A stretch of DNA of 64,000 bases from Fidelibacterota bacterium (lineage in GTDB: Bacteria; Fidelibacterota; UBA2242): contig JBNGDF010000011.1 of assembly GCA_049975265.1 (NCBI GenBank), positions 1 through 64,000 of the forward strand, given 5' to 3'. Each line of letters starts with the position of its first letter. Position 1 is the stretch's first letter. The position numbers and the translations under genes are program-made. Below the pieces are notes generated by a model. It had not been told where the DNA came from. It ran no database searches and was given only the letters and a program-made list of their open reading frames with translations. This document shows positions 19,658 to 29,067 of the stretch, one piece after another.

Positions 19658-20629
19658 ATGACAACCGATTTCGAAAGCAAAATAACTGCATATCGGCGTG
19701 AAATCGACCACGATCTGGCGCAATTGAATCTGCCGACATACCCGAGAGGTCTGTATGAGCCGATGCAGTACAGTGTTACTGCCCCGGGCAAACGAATTCG
19801 CCCGCTCTTAACCTTTTTGACGGGAGAAGGTCTTGGAGTGGCGCATCAGCGGCTGCGTCCGGCGGCAATGGCGGTGGAGATATTGCACGCATTTACCCTG
19901 GTTCATGACGATATCATGGACAATGACACCAAACGGCGGGGACGGGATACCGTCCACGTTAAGTGGGATGTCAACACCGCTATCCTGAGCGGTGATGGAC
20001 TGATGGCGCTGGCGTTTCGGCAATTGATGGACACCAAAACGACCCGGATACAGCGGATGGGTTGGGAGTTCAGTCAGGCAATGCTGGAAATCTGTGAGGG
20101 GCAATCTCTGGATATGGCGTTTGAAAGGCGTCTGGATGTCACCACGAGAGAATATCTGGAAATGGTGGGCAAAAAGACCGGTCGTTTGCTGGGTCTGGCA
20201 TGTCAGCTGGCGGTACTTATCTCCGCTGCCGATCAGGCGATGGTGGAGGGTGCAAATCGTTTCGGCATCGAGCTGGGACAGGCGTTTCAGATTCAGGATG
20301 ATCTTTTGGAGATCAGTTCCGATGCGGAAAAAATGGGGAAGAGTCTCGACAGCGATATACAATCGGGTAAAAAGACATACCCGCTGCTGCTGATGCTGGC
20401 AGACATGGATGCCACCGAAAGGATATCCTTTATCGACTTTATGAAGGAAAATCTGAACAATCGCGGGGCGATTCTGACGGCATTTAAAAGAAAAGATGTC
20501 CTGGATCGTACCCGGCAGGACATCTCTCAGATTCTGAATAGTGCGCTGAAGCGTCTGGAGCAATTTCCGGCGGCGGCGGCTGAAAATTTGGCATTTCTGG
20601 TAGATCAAATTTCAAAGAGGCAGCAATAA
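19658..20629 (+). CDS. Polyprenyl diphosphate synthase (GGPP synthase-like)
   Basis: GKRIRP, FTLVHDDIMD..RRG (first Asp-rich motif), GQSLD, KKTG, FQIQDD. Confidence 0.9.
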   Translation: MTTDFESKITAYRREIDHDLAQLNLPTYPRGLYEPMQYSVTAPGKRIRPLLTFLTGEGLGVAHQRLRPAAMAVEILHAFTLVHDDIMDNDTKRRGRDTVHVKWDVNTAILSGDGLMALAFRQLMDTKTTRIQRMGWEFSQAMLEICEGQSLDMAFERRLDVTTREYLEMVGKKTGRLLGLACQLAVLISAADQAMVEGANRFGIELGQAFQIQDDLLEISSDAEKMGKSLDSDIQSGKKTYPLLLMLADMDATERISFIDFMKENLNNRGAILTAFKRKDVLDRTRQDISQILNSALKRLEQFPAAAAENLAFLVDQISKRQQ

Positions 20630-20632
20630 TCC

Positions 20633-20899
20633 ATGAAAAGCCGTGAGGTTTCGATTCTGAATAAATACGGATTGCACACCCGCCCGGCGACGGCTTTTGT
20701 GACGGAGGCTTCACGGTTTCGATCGGAAATTTTCCTGGAGTATAAAGGGGTACGGGTCAATGCCAAGAGTATCCTGGGACTGCTGGTATTGGCGGTGGAG
20801 CCGGGGGCAACACTGACCCTGGTTGCCGATGGTCCCGATGAAGATGAAGCCATCGAAGCACTCAGCAGTTTGACCCAAAACAAATTTAACCTGGAATAG
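20633..20899 (+). CDS. ptsH: Phosphocarrier protein HPr
   Basis: GLHTRPA (His15) and NAKSILGLL (Ser46). Confidence 0.93.
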   Translation: MKSREVSILNKYGLHTRPATAFVTEASRFRSEIFLEYKGVRVNAKSILGLLVLAVEPGATLTLVADGPDEDEAIEALSSLTQNKFNLE

Positions 20900-20901
20900 C
20901 C

Positions 20902-22632
20902 GTGAAAAAGATCAAAGGCATACGAATATCTCCCGGTATCGTTTGTGGACCGATCTATTATTTTGAGAGAGGGCGATTAAATGTTCCCCGGCACTTTATT
21001 CAGGAAAATGACTTCGACAGCGAAATGCAGCGTTTTAAACAGGCGATTCGCTCATCGGTGAAGGAGCTGAAGCAGGTCAGAGATTTGGTCCTGGATCACC
21101 TGGATGAGGAGCATGCCCGGATCATAGATGCACAGCTGCTTGCCGTGCAGGACGAAGAGATGATCAAGGCGGTCAAAAACCTTATGCAGCGGGAGCGAAA
21201 AAATGTGACCTGGGCATATTATGATGTCATGAACGAGTACGAAGTTCTGCTGCTGAATACCTATAGCCGGTTTTTCAAAGAGCGAACCGCAGATCTGAAA
21301 GATATTAAGAAGCGGGTCCTGGATCATCTGATTGGCGAGGGAAGAGCCATTTTGCCGGATATCAGCCAGCCGTCAATTATCGTAGCGGAAAAAATTTCGC
21401 CGGGGGATTTGATTCACCTTGAACACAGCCTGGCGCTTGGGCTGATTACCCGTGAAGGGGGATTTGACTCACACGCCGGCATTTTGGCACGGGCTTTCCG
21501 GGTACCCTATCTTTCCAGTGTGGAGCCGATTGAAGAGCTGGTCTCCTATTCCGAAATAATCCTGGATGCCGACAATGAGGAGATTCTACTGGATGTCAGC
21601 AGCTCCCAGAGGCAGCAGTACCGCGAGCGAATCGAGGAATTCTGCAAATTTCGGAAGAAGATCATTTCGGCGAAGGTTGCGAATTCCACCAAAGATAAGG
21701 TGCCGTTTCATATCTATCTGAATGTCGGCTTTGTGGATGAAGTAGAAGCGATTGATCCGCGGCTGGTCCAGGGAATCGGGCTCTATCGGACAGAATTTCT
21801 CTGCATTGAGAAAAATATTATTCCCGATGAAGAGGTCCAGTTTCAGGCATATCAGACCGTATTGAAGAAAATGGGTCGTCTACCGGTTATTTTCAGGGTT
21901 TTTGATTTTGGACGGGATAAATTGCTGGCAATGCTGGATCTGGAGGTGATTCAGGAGGATCATATTTTTGACGAGTGGGGTGGCATCGGCTTTTTGCTGG
22001 AAAACAGGGAAATCCTCAAGGCGCAATTGCGGGCTCTCTTGCGAGCTAGTGTCTCGGGCAATGTCAAAATCATGCTGCCGCTGGTAATGTTTACCGGTGA
22101 AGTGAGACAGACGATCGCACTGCTGGATGAGGTCAAAGCGGAGTTACGGCAGCACGGAATTCCCTTCAGCAACAACATCGAGCTGGGCGCCATGATTGAG
22201 ACCAGCAGTATCCTTGAACAGCTGGATGAACTGGCGGACCTGGTGGATTTTTTCAGCATTGGAACCAACGATCTGGCACTGTATCTCATCGGTTCGGGAC
22301 GGACGGAGGATTTGACCCGCAACTATTACCATCCGAAAATATTTCAGGCAATCGGTAAAATCGTTACCGCCGCCGGACGGGCGGATATCCCCGTGACCGT
22401 CTGCGGCGAAATGGCGTCCGATCCGTATGCCTTGATCGGACTGACCGCCATCGGTATCCGTTCGATCAGCGTCAGTACCAGCGCTCTGGGTGACATTTCG
22501 AAAGAGGTCATTATGCTGGATACGAGATTGCTGCAAAATCTGTCGGATTTGATATTAAACACCGACAGTGCCGCCACCATCCATTCCATTCTGGTACAAT
22601 ATTATCGTGATTGTCTCGGAGGTCGGGAATAA
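20902..22632 (+). CDS. ptsI: PTS enzyme I (PEP-protein phosphotransferase), divergent
   Basis: GGFDSHAGILAR (phospho-His), GIGLYRTEF, MIET, FSIGTNDL, VCGEMA; follows ptsH. Confidence 0.88.
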   Translation: MKKIKGIRISPGIVCGPIYYFERGRLNVPRHFIQENDFDSEMQRFKQAIRSSVKELKQVRDLVLDHLDEEHARIIDAQLLAVQDEEMIKAVKNLMQRERKNVTWAYYDVMNEYEVLLLNTYSRFFKERTADLKDIKKRVLDHLIGEGRAILPDISQPSIIVAEKISPGDLIHLEHSLALGLITREGGFDSHAGILARAFRVPYLSSVEPIEELVSYSEIILDADNEEILLDVSSSQRQQYRERIEEFCKFRKKIISAKVANSTKDKVPFHIYLNVGFVDEVEAIDPRLVQGIGLYRTEFLCIEKNIIPDEEVQFQAYQTVLKKMGRLPVIFRVFDFGRDKLLAMLDLEVIQEDHIFDEWGGIGFLLENREILKAQLRALLRASVSGNVKIMLPLVMFTGEVRQTIALLDEVKAELRQHGIPFSNNIELGAMIETSSILEQLDELADLVDFFSIGTNDLALYLIGSGRTEDLTRNYYHPKIFQAIGKIVTAAGRADIPVTVCGEMASDPYALIGLTAIGIRSISVSTSALGDISKEVIMLDTRLLQNLSDLILNTDSAATIHSILVQYYRDCLGGRE

Positions 22633-22683
22633 TTGCGACTTTATTCTTGCGAATCCTGAATTCCACGAATATATTTAAGAAGT

Positions 22684-23268
22684 ATGATCAATGTAGAACT
22701 CGATAAAATAATTTTTTATCCGCCCAGCAAGGGGTATGCAGTTATTTTGAAAGAGGTTGGCGGTGTTCGTCAGCTGCCGATAATTGTCGGCGTGTTTGAA
22801 GCCCAGTCGATCGCCCTGGCAATCGAACAGGTGAAAATGCTGCGTCCCATGACCCACGATCTGTTTATCCGGGTGCTGTCCCGCATGGGTATTGCCATCA
22901 AGGAGGTGGTTATCAACGATTTGATCGAGGGTACCTTTTACGCTCAGATTGCACTTAAAGCGAAGAGTGCGAAATCCATTACGAAAATTGACAGCCGACC
23001 CAGCGATGCCATTGCCCTGGCGCTGAGAGTGGATGCCGATATTTTGGTGAGCGATGCTGTGATGGATTCAGCCGGTCAGGTACTGAATGTAACCGATACC
23101 ACGGAAAAAGAGGCGCCGACGCAGAATTCCTTTGAGGACCAGTTACTGGACCGTCTGGTGGAGTTGAAGACCAAACTGCAGATCGCTATCGATGAGGAAA
23201 ATTACGAGCTGGCGGCGCAGCTGCGGGATCAGATATCGACATTGGAAAAAGAATTAAAGAATAACTGA
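22684..23268 (+). CDS. Bifunctional nuclease family protein (DUF151) with C-terminal UVR domain
   Basis: LPIIVGVFEAQSIA, RPMTHDL, DSRPSDAIALALR; C-terminal AIDEENYELAAQLRDQI. Confidence 0.9.
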   Translation: MINVELDKIIFYPPSKGYAVILKEVGGVRQLPIIVGVFEAQSIALAIEQVKMLRPMTHDLFIRVLSRMGIAIKEVVINDLIEGTFYAQIALKAKSAKSITKIDSRPSDAIALALRVDADILVSDAVMDSAGQVLNVTDTTEKEAPTQNSFEDQLLDRLVELKTKLQIAIDEENYELAAQLRDQISTLEKELKNN

Positions 23269-23985
23269 TCAGGCTGGATTGACCAGCATTTTATAGGTTT
23301 TTTCGGCGGCTTGTTGCTCGGCTGTCCGTTTGGTGGTGCCGGTCCCTGATCCGTATAGTCTATTGTTGATATAGACGGCGACGGTATATTGACGGGCGTG
23401 ATCGGGTCCCTGAACCTTGACCATTCTGAAATCCGGCAGAGTGAGACCCTTTTTCTGACAGAGTTCGAGCAGCTGTCCTTTGTAATTGTATTCCGAGGGA
23501 ATCGCCTCCGGCTCCTTGCTGGAAATAATGAACCTGTGGATGAACCGGGCGACTTTTTCCAGACCTGCATCGAGGTAAATCGCACCGATGATCGCCTCCA
23601 GGGCACAGGAGAACAGATTACGTTGTGTCGGAGAGTAGTTCAAATTAATACTTTTATCCACCCGCAGCACCTCCTGCAACTGCAGGCTTACGGCGATTTC
23701 GTGCAGTGTTTTTGCATTGACCAGCATTGAGCGCATCTGAGTCAGTTCGCCCTCGGAAAGTGTGGGATATTTTTTAATAAGGTACTCAGAAACGACCGTA
23801 TCGAGTACCGCATCGCCCAGAAATTCGAGTCGCTCGTAGGATTCAATCTGAGAAACGGCGGCTGAGCGGTGGGTCAGGGCACGTTTTAAAAGGCTTGGGT
23901 CTTTAAAAACGTGTCCGATTTTTATTTCGATATGAGAAGGTTTTTTATTTAAAAACAGAGATTTGGTCTTGCGCAGAATGTTCAT
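23269..23985 (-). CDS. rnc: Ribonuclease III
   Basis: ALTHRS, YERLEFLGDAVL, EAIIGAIYLD; dsRBD NYKGQLLE...GPDH...AEQQAA. Confidence 0.95.
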   Translation of the reverse strand: MNILRKTKSLFLNKKPSHIEIKIGHVFKDPSLLKRALTHRSAAVSQIESYERLEFLGDAVLDTVVSEYLIKKYPTLSEGELTQMRSMLVNAKTLHEIAVSLQLQEVLRVDKSINLNYSPTQRNLFSCALEAIIGAIYLDAGLEKVARFIHRFIISSKEPEAIPSEYNYKGQLLELCQKKGLTLPDFRMVKVQGPDHARQYTVAVYINNRLYGSGTGTTKRTAEQQAAEKTYKMLVNPA

Positions 23986-25223
23986 GACTCAAATTTTTTG
24001 GCAGCCAGAACGGCGTTGTGTCCACCAAAACCGAAATTGCTGCTGATGCCGTTGGTAATGGCTTTTTCAACGGCGGTGCGAGGTGTGTAATTCAGATCGC
24101 ATTCCGGGTCGGGATGTTCCAGGTTGATCGTTGGCGGAATGATTTGATCGCGTAGTGACAGACAGAGGGCGATGAACTCAACGGCGCCGGTGGCACCCAG
24201 GAGGTGACCGGTCATGGATTTTGTGGAGCTGATGCTAAGGTTGTAGGCATGCTTACCGAAAACCGACTTAATGGCAACGGTCTCATATTTGTCGTTTAAA
24301 GGGGTGGCGGTACCGTGGGCATTGATATAATCACAATCTTCGGGATTCAACTGGGCCATATTGAGGGCGGTTTGAATTGCCAGCGCCTGCCCTTTTCCTT
24401 CGGGATGTGGGGCGGTAATATGGTAGGCATCTTCAGAGAAGCCGTAGCCGGTGATTTCGGCATAGATCGGTGCCGCACGACGCATGGCGTGTTCCAGCTC
24501 CTCCAGAACGATAATTCCCGCACCCTCACCGATCACGAAGCCATCCCGCTCGATGTCAAAGGGACGGCTGGCTGCCGGAGGATTGTCGTTCCGGCGCGAG
24601 AGCGCTTTCATATTTGTAAAACCCGCCAGAGAGATTGGTGAAATACTGGCTTCGGAGCCACCGGTTATGATGATATCGGCATCTCCGCAGAGAATGTGGC
24701 GCATGGCAATGCCGATGGTGTGTGACGATGTGGCGCAGGCGGAGGTTACCGAATAATTTGGTCCCATAAAGCCGTGGTTAATGGCAATATGTCCCGGAAT
24801 GATATCAGGGATCATCATGGGAATGAAAAGCGGGCTGACGAAACGGTGACTTTTCGTGATCAGAATGGAGTGTTGCTGCTCGAGAGTTTGGATTCCGCCG
24901 ATACCGGACCCGACGATGACGCCGACCCGTTCGGGGTTAACGGAGCGCTCTTTCAGTCCCGATTCCGAAATTGCCTGTTCAGCGGCAGCAATACCGAAGT
25001 GAGTAACCCGGTCCATGCGTCTGGCTTCTTTCGTATCGATCCAGTCGGTGGGATTGAAATTTTTCACCTCGGCGGCAATTTTTACCGGGAGTTCGTCGAC
25101 ATTGAAGTGGTGGATGATATCGACGCCGCTGACGCCGTTGATACAATTGGACCAAAAGGTGGGAACATCATTTCCGATGGGGGAAATGACGCCCGCACCC
25201 GTCACAACGACTCTTTTACGCAT
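23982..25223 (-). CDS. fabF: 3-oxoacyl-ACP synthase II
   Basis: SACAT, SRPFDIERDGFVIGEGAG, NAHGT, STKSMTGHLLGA, FGFGGHN. Confidence 0.95.
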   Translation of the reverse strand: MRKRVVVTGAGVISPIGNDVPTFWSNCINGVSGVDIIHHFNVDELPVKIAAEVKNFNPTDWIDTKEARRMDRVTHFGIAAAEQAISESGLKERSVNPERVGVIVGSGIGGIQTLEQQHSILITKSHRFVSPLFIPMMIPDIIPGHIAINHGFMGPNYSVTSACATSSHTIGIAMRHILCGDADIIITGGSEASISPISLAGFTNMKALSRRNDNPPAASRPFDIERDGFVIGEGAGIIVLEELEHAMRRAAPIYAEITGYGFSEDAYHITAPHPEGKGQALAIQTALNMAQLNPEDCDYINAHGTATPLNDKYETVAIKSVFGKHAYNLSISSTKSMTGHLLGATGAVEFIALCLSLRDQIIPPTINLEHPDPECDLNYTPRTAVEKAITNGISSNFGFGGHNAVLAAKKFES

Positions 25224-25237
25224 ACATTGGTTTGTTT

Positions 25238-25465
25238 TTATAGATTGTCCAGATAATTGACGACGTCGCCGACAGTTTTCAGTTTTTCCGCCTCTTCGTC
25301 GGGTATTTCGATATCGAACTCTTCTTCCATCTTCATTATCAGTTCGACGGTATCCAGACTGTCGGCACCCAGATCATCAATAAAGGATGCTTCTTTGGTA
25401 ATTTTTGATTTTTCAACGCCGAGTTTTTCGGCGACGATTTCCTGAACTTTTTCGAAACTGCTCAT
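25238..25465 (-). CDS. acpP: Acyl carrier protein
   Basis: [29 protein letters not shown]. Confidence 0.97.
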   Translation of the reverse strand: MSSFEKVQEIVAEKLGVEKSKITKEASFIDDLGADSLDTVELIMKMEEEFDIEIPDEEAEKLKTVGDVVNYLDNL

Positions 25466-25484
25466 AGAATCCTCCTAATTAAGT

Positions 25485-26231
25485 TTACATAACCATGCCA
25501 CCGTCGACCTTGATTACCTGTCCGGTAATATAGTCCGCCAGCGGTGATGCTAGAAAGAGAGCCGCATTGGCTACATCTTGACTGTTTCCTGCTCGTTTCA
25601 GCGGTATCGCTGATAGCATTGTTTCTTTGGATTTTTCATCGAGAATCCGGGTCATTTCGGTCTCGATATAACCGGGAGCAATGGCGTTTACTGTGATGTT
25701 GCGGCTGGCTAGTTCCCGGGCTACGGATTTCGTAAAACCGATCACACCGGCTTTGCTGGCGGCGTAATTACCCTGTCCGGCATTGCCGATCAGACCGATA
25801 ACGGAGCTGATATTGATTATTTTTCCGAAACGCTGTTTTATTAATTGTTTAGTGACGGCTTTGGTGACCAGGAAAACCCCTTTCAGATTGGTATTGATGA
25901 CGGCATCCCACTGTTCTGTTTTCATTCGCATCAGCAAGGTATCCCGGGTGATGCCGGCATTATTGACGATAATGTCGATTCGGTTGTAGGTATTTACAAT
26001 CTGTTCGATCAGTTCGTTGACCTGGTCTTCCCGGGTAACATCGCAGGGGAGAGCCAGTGAGGGATATTTTTTCCCCAGAAATTCCTGCTTGGCGTCGGTC
26101 AGGGCTTCGGCATTGTAATCCGAAAGTACAATGGTGGCGCCCTGTCTGGCGAAAGTTTCGGCGATGGTGCGACCGATGCCGCGCCCGGAACCTGTGACCA
26201 GAACGACTTTTTCGGTAAAATTTAGTTCCAT
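25485..26231 (-). CDS. fabG: 3-oxoacyl-ACP reductase
   Basis: TGSGRGIG, NNAGITRD, YAASKAG, DGGM. Confidence 0.95.
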   Translation of the reverse strand: MELNFTEKVVLVTGSGRGIGRTIAETFARQGATIVLSDYNAEALTDAKQEFLGKKYPSLALPCDVTREDQVNELIEQIVNTYNRIDIIVNNAGITRDTLLMRMKTEQWDAVINTNLKGVFLVTKAVTKQLIKQRFGKIINISSVIGLIGNAGQGNYAASKAGVIGFTKSVARELASRNITVNAIAPGYIETEMTRILDEKSKETMLSAIPLKRAGNSQDVANAALFLASPLADYITGQVIKVDGGMVM

Positions 26232-27145
26232 TCGGGTTTCTCCAAATCTTCGGCTCGGGAGACGCCACGGACGATTACGTTGCCATTGATTCGCTTGATC
26301 AGCCCCTGCAGAACATTTCCGGGACCGACTTCGACAAATGTCTCAACACCGTCTTTGATCATATTTTCCACAGATTGGACCCACAGCATCGGTGATGTCA
26401 ATTGCTGGTACAGCCGATTGCGGATTTCCTTGATATCGGTTGTGGCAGTGCCGGTTACGTTTGAATAGATTGGGCAGCGGGGTTGCTGAAACGTGGTGCT
26501 GTCGAGAGCCTTTTTCAATGTTTCACCGGCACTTTTCATCAGACTGGAGTGGAAAGCCCCACCGACGGAGAGCTCGATGACCCGTTTAGCCCCGGCTTCT
26601 TTCAGCGTCAGCATGGTAGATTGAACACTTTGAACATCACCGCTGATGACGATCTGAGTTGGTGAATTGTAGTTGGCAATGCTGCAAATGCCGCCGATTA
26701 CGGATTTCTCAATCACCTTCTGGACCGTTTTGTAGTCCAGACCGACGATGGCTGCCATGGTACCGGAATTGTTTTCAGTGGCGCGTTGCATCTCTTCGGC
26801 GCGAATCTTAACGAGTCCCAGTCCCTGCCGGAAGTCCAGCACTCCGGCGGCGACCAGCGCAGAGTATTCACCCAGGCTATGTCCGGCGACCACCTCCGGT
26901 AGTTTGCCCCGGTTTTTTAACTCTTCAAAGAGAATCATCGAATGAACGTAAATCGCCGGCTGGGTGACCCGGGTCTGGGTTAATTTTACCAGCGGACCGT
27001 AAAACGAGAGGTCCTTGATTGAGAAATCGAACAGCTCATCGGCGAGATCGTAATATTTTTGGGCAATTGGTTTGGAATTGTACAGATCCAGACCCATGCC
27101 GACAAACTGTGAGGCTTGTCCTGGAAATACAAAGGCTGTTTTCAT
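26222..27145 (-). CDS. fabD: Malonyl-CoA:ACP transacylase
   Basis: FPGQASQ, GHSLGEY, NYNSP.Q, GAFHS, EVGPG. Start at 27145 overlaps the fabH stop (TAATG). Confidence 0.95.
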   Translation of the reverse strand: MKTAFVFPGQASQFVGMGLDLYNSKPIAQKYYDLADELFDFSIKDLSFYGPLVKLTQTRVTQPAIYVHSMILFEELKNRGKLPEVVAGHSLGEYSALVAAGVLDFRQGLGLVKIRAEEMQRATENNSGTMAAIVGLDYKTVQKVIEKSVIGGICSIANYNSPTQIVISGDVQSVQSTMLTLKEAGAKRVIELSVGGAFHSSLMKSAGETLKKALDSTTFQQPRCPIYSNVTGTATTDIKEIRNRLYQQLTSPMLWVQSVENMIKDGVETFVEVGPGNVLQGLIKRINGNVIVRGVSRAEDLEKPEWN

Positions 27146-28143
27146 TATTCCATACTCCATCGCATGAGCATACTGCCCCAGGTGAAGCCGCCCCCGAAAG
27201 CGGATATGAGCAGCAGATCGCCCGGCTTCAGCCGACCCTGATCGTATCCGTCAACGATCCCCAGTGGAATGGTAGCGGCTGTCGTGTTGGCATATTTATC
27301 GATATTGATCAATACCTGCTCCTCTTTTAGTTTCAGCCGGTTGACGCAAGCATCGATAATACGTTTATTCGCCTGGTGTGGAATGAAGAGTCCGACATCG
27401 GCATTGTTAAATGAATTGCGTTCAAGCAGTTCAATCGATACATCCGCCATTTTACTGACAGCCAGTTTGAAGACGCTTTTTCCTTCTTGGTAGATATAAT
27501 GCATCTTTTTGTCAATGGTCTCGTGGCTGGCTGGATTCCGACTGCCGCCGGCTGCCATGTAGAGTAAATCTTTGCCGCCGCCGTCCATTCTGGCGATATA
27601 GTCAATAATGCCGAAGTCCTCTCTGTCGGTGGGTTCGACCAGCACAGCACTGGCGGCGTCACCGAAGAGGACGCAGGTGTCCCGGTTGGTATAGTCTGTA
27701 ATGGTGCTCATCGTGTCAGTTCCGACTACAAGCACTTTTTGACAGGTACCGTTTTCCACAAACTGGGTAGCAACGATCATGGCATATACAAACCCCGAAC
27801 AGGCGGCGGAGATATCGAAGCCCCAGGCGCCTTTCGCGCCGATATTTTCCTGAATCAGCGCGGCGGTGGAAGGAAAGAACATATCCGGGGTAATGGTGGC
27901 GACAATAATGGCGTCGATATCGGCAGGGTTCACGTCAAACCGTTTTTGCATATCCCAAAAAGCGGCGGTTGCCATGTCGGAGCTGGCTTCGCCTTTGGCG
28001 GCGATGTGCCGTTCGGAAATCCCGGTTCTGGTGCGAATCCATTCGTCGGAGGTATCGACCATTTTTTCAAGGTCGTGATTGGTCAGGATTTTTTCCGGTA
28101 CATATTTGCCGATGGCGGTTATAGTGGCTTTGCGTTTCATCAT
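27145..28143 (-). CDS. fabH: 3-oxoacyl-ACP synthase III
   Basis: DTSDEWIRTRTGI, AACSGF, LFGD, PHQAN, NT, FGGGFTWG. Confidence 0.95.
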   Translation of the reverse strand: MMKRKATITAIGKYVPEKILTNHDLEKMVDTSDEWIRTRTGISERHIAAKGEASSDMATAAFWDMQKRFDVNPADIDAIIVATITPDMFFPSTAALIQENIGAKGAWGFDISAACSGFVYAMIVATQFVENGTCQKVLVVGTDTMSTITDYTNRDTCVLFGDAASAVLVEPTDREDFGIIDYIARMDGGGKDLLYMAAGGSRNPASHETIDKKMHYIYQEGKSVFKLAVSKMADVSIELLERNSFNNADVGLFIPHQANKRIIDACVNRLKLKEEQVLINIDKYANTTAATIPLGIVDGYDQGRLKPGDLLLISAFGGGFTWGSMLMRWSME

Positions 28144-28264
28144 TATTCTTCCTGAATTCCAAAATATATCATATTGTGGGAAATAGTGGTAGAAAAATCT
28201 CGCCTATATCAAATTTTACGATTTGGGATGGATAAATTTGACCACAGAGAGATGATTGGGCGGC

Positions 28265-28447
28265 TTACTTTTCTTTTGCTGAAATGACCGGTCGTCCCCG
28301 GTAATAACCACAATTCGGACAGACGCGGTGGGGCATTTTCGGTTCATTGCACTGGGGACAAATGACAATCGTAGCCGCGCGTAGTTTTTGATGGGTTCGG
28401 CGTTTATCTCTTCTTGATTTTGATAATTTACGTTTGGGTAGAGCCAA
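28265..28447 (-). CDS. rpmF: 50S ribosomal protein L32
   Basis: [21 protein letters not shown]...[12 protein letters not shown]. Confidence 0.96.
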   Translation of the reverse strand: MALPKRKLSKSRRDKRRTHQKLRAATIVICPQCNEPKMPHRVCPNCGYYRGRPVISAKEK

Positions 28448-28451
28448 GGGT

Positions 28452-28961
28452 TCACTCCTCTGATGTGTTGGTTAATAAATTTTCCAGCGGTTTCCATCTT
28501 TCGTCGAGGGGTGCTGTCTTGCAGCGGCATTTCTCGATGTTCAGATTGGCACCGCAGCCGGGACAGATCCCGGCACAGGCTTCGGAACAGATATTTTTCA
28601 TTGGTATCTCAATAAGCAGAGCATCATGGGCAAAGGAGGTCAGATCGACCTCGTTGGTTTTGGAGGTAACCGGGATGATATTTTCATCCGACACGGCGCT
28701 GGTCGGTTCCATGATATTCAGAACAGCCAGGAACCCGGCTTCCAGATCACGGTTGAAGGATTCCAGGCAGCGGTCACATTCCAGTGTAATGCTGGTGGAG
28801 AGGTGACCTTTGACGGTGATCTGGTGCGATTCTTTGTCGATACGCAGGACGGTCTCAATAGGATTGGTAAAATATTTGTCCGAAATTCCCACCTCGCCTT
28901 TCATCACCGTCATTGTAATTGTTTGAGTACCTTCTTTTAAAGAATTGATTCGTAACTTCAT
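28452..28961 (-). CDS. DUF177 / YceD family protein
   Basis: [30 protein letters not shown]; directly upstream of rpmF. Confidence 0.9.
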   Translation of the reverse strand: MKLRINSLKEGTQTITMTVMKGEVGISDKYFTNPIETVLRIDKESHQITVKGHLSTSITLECDRCLESFNRDLEAGFLAVLNIMEPTSAVSDENIIPVTSKTNEVDLTSFAHDALLIEIPMKNICSEACAGICPGCGANLNIEKCRCKTAPLDERWKPLENLLTNTSEE

Positions 28962-29067
28962 AGCAAGTGGCAAATTTATTAGTTGAGAGTGCCAGAATCA
29001 AGTTATTTCATACTATGCAAATGGCGTCCAGCCCTGGACGCCATTCAATTAATATGAAACAACCATT

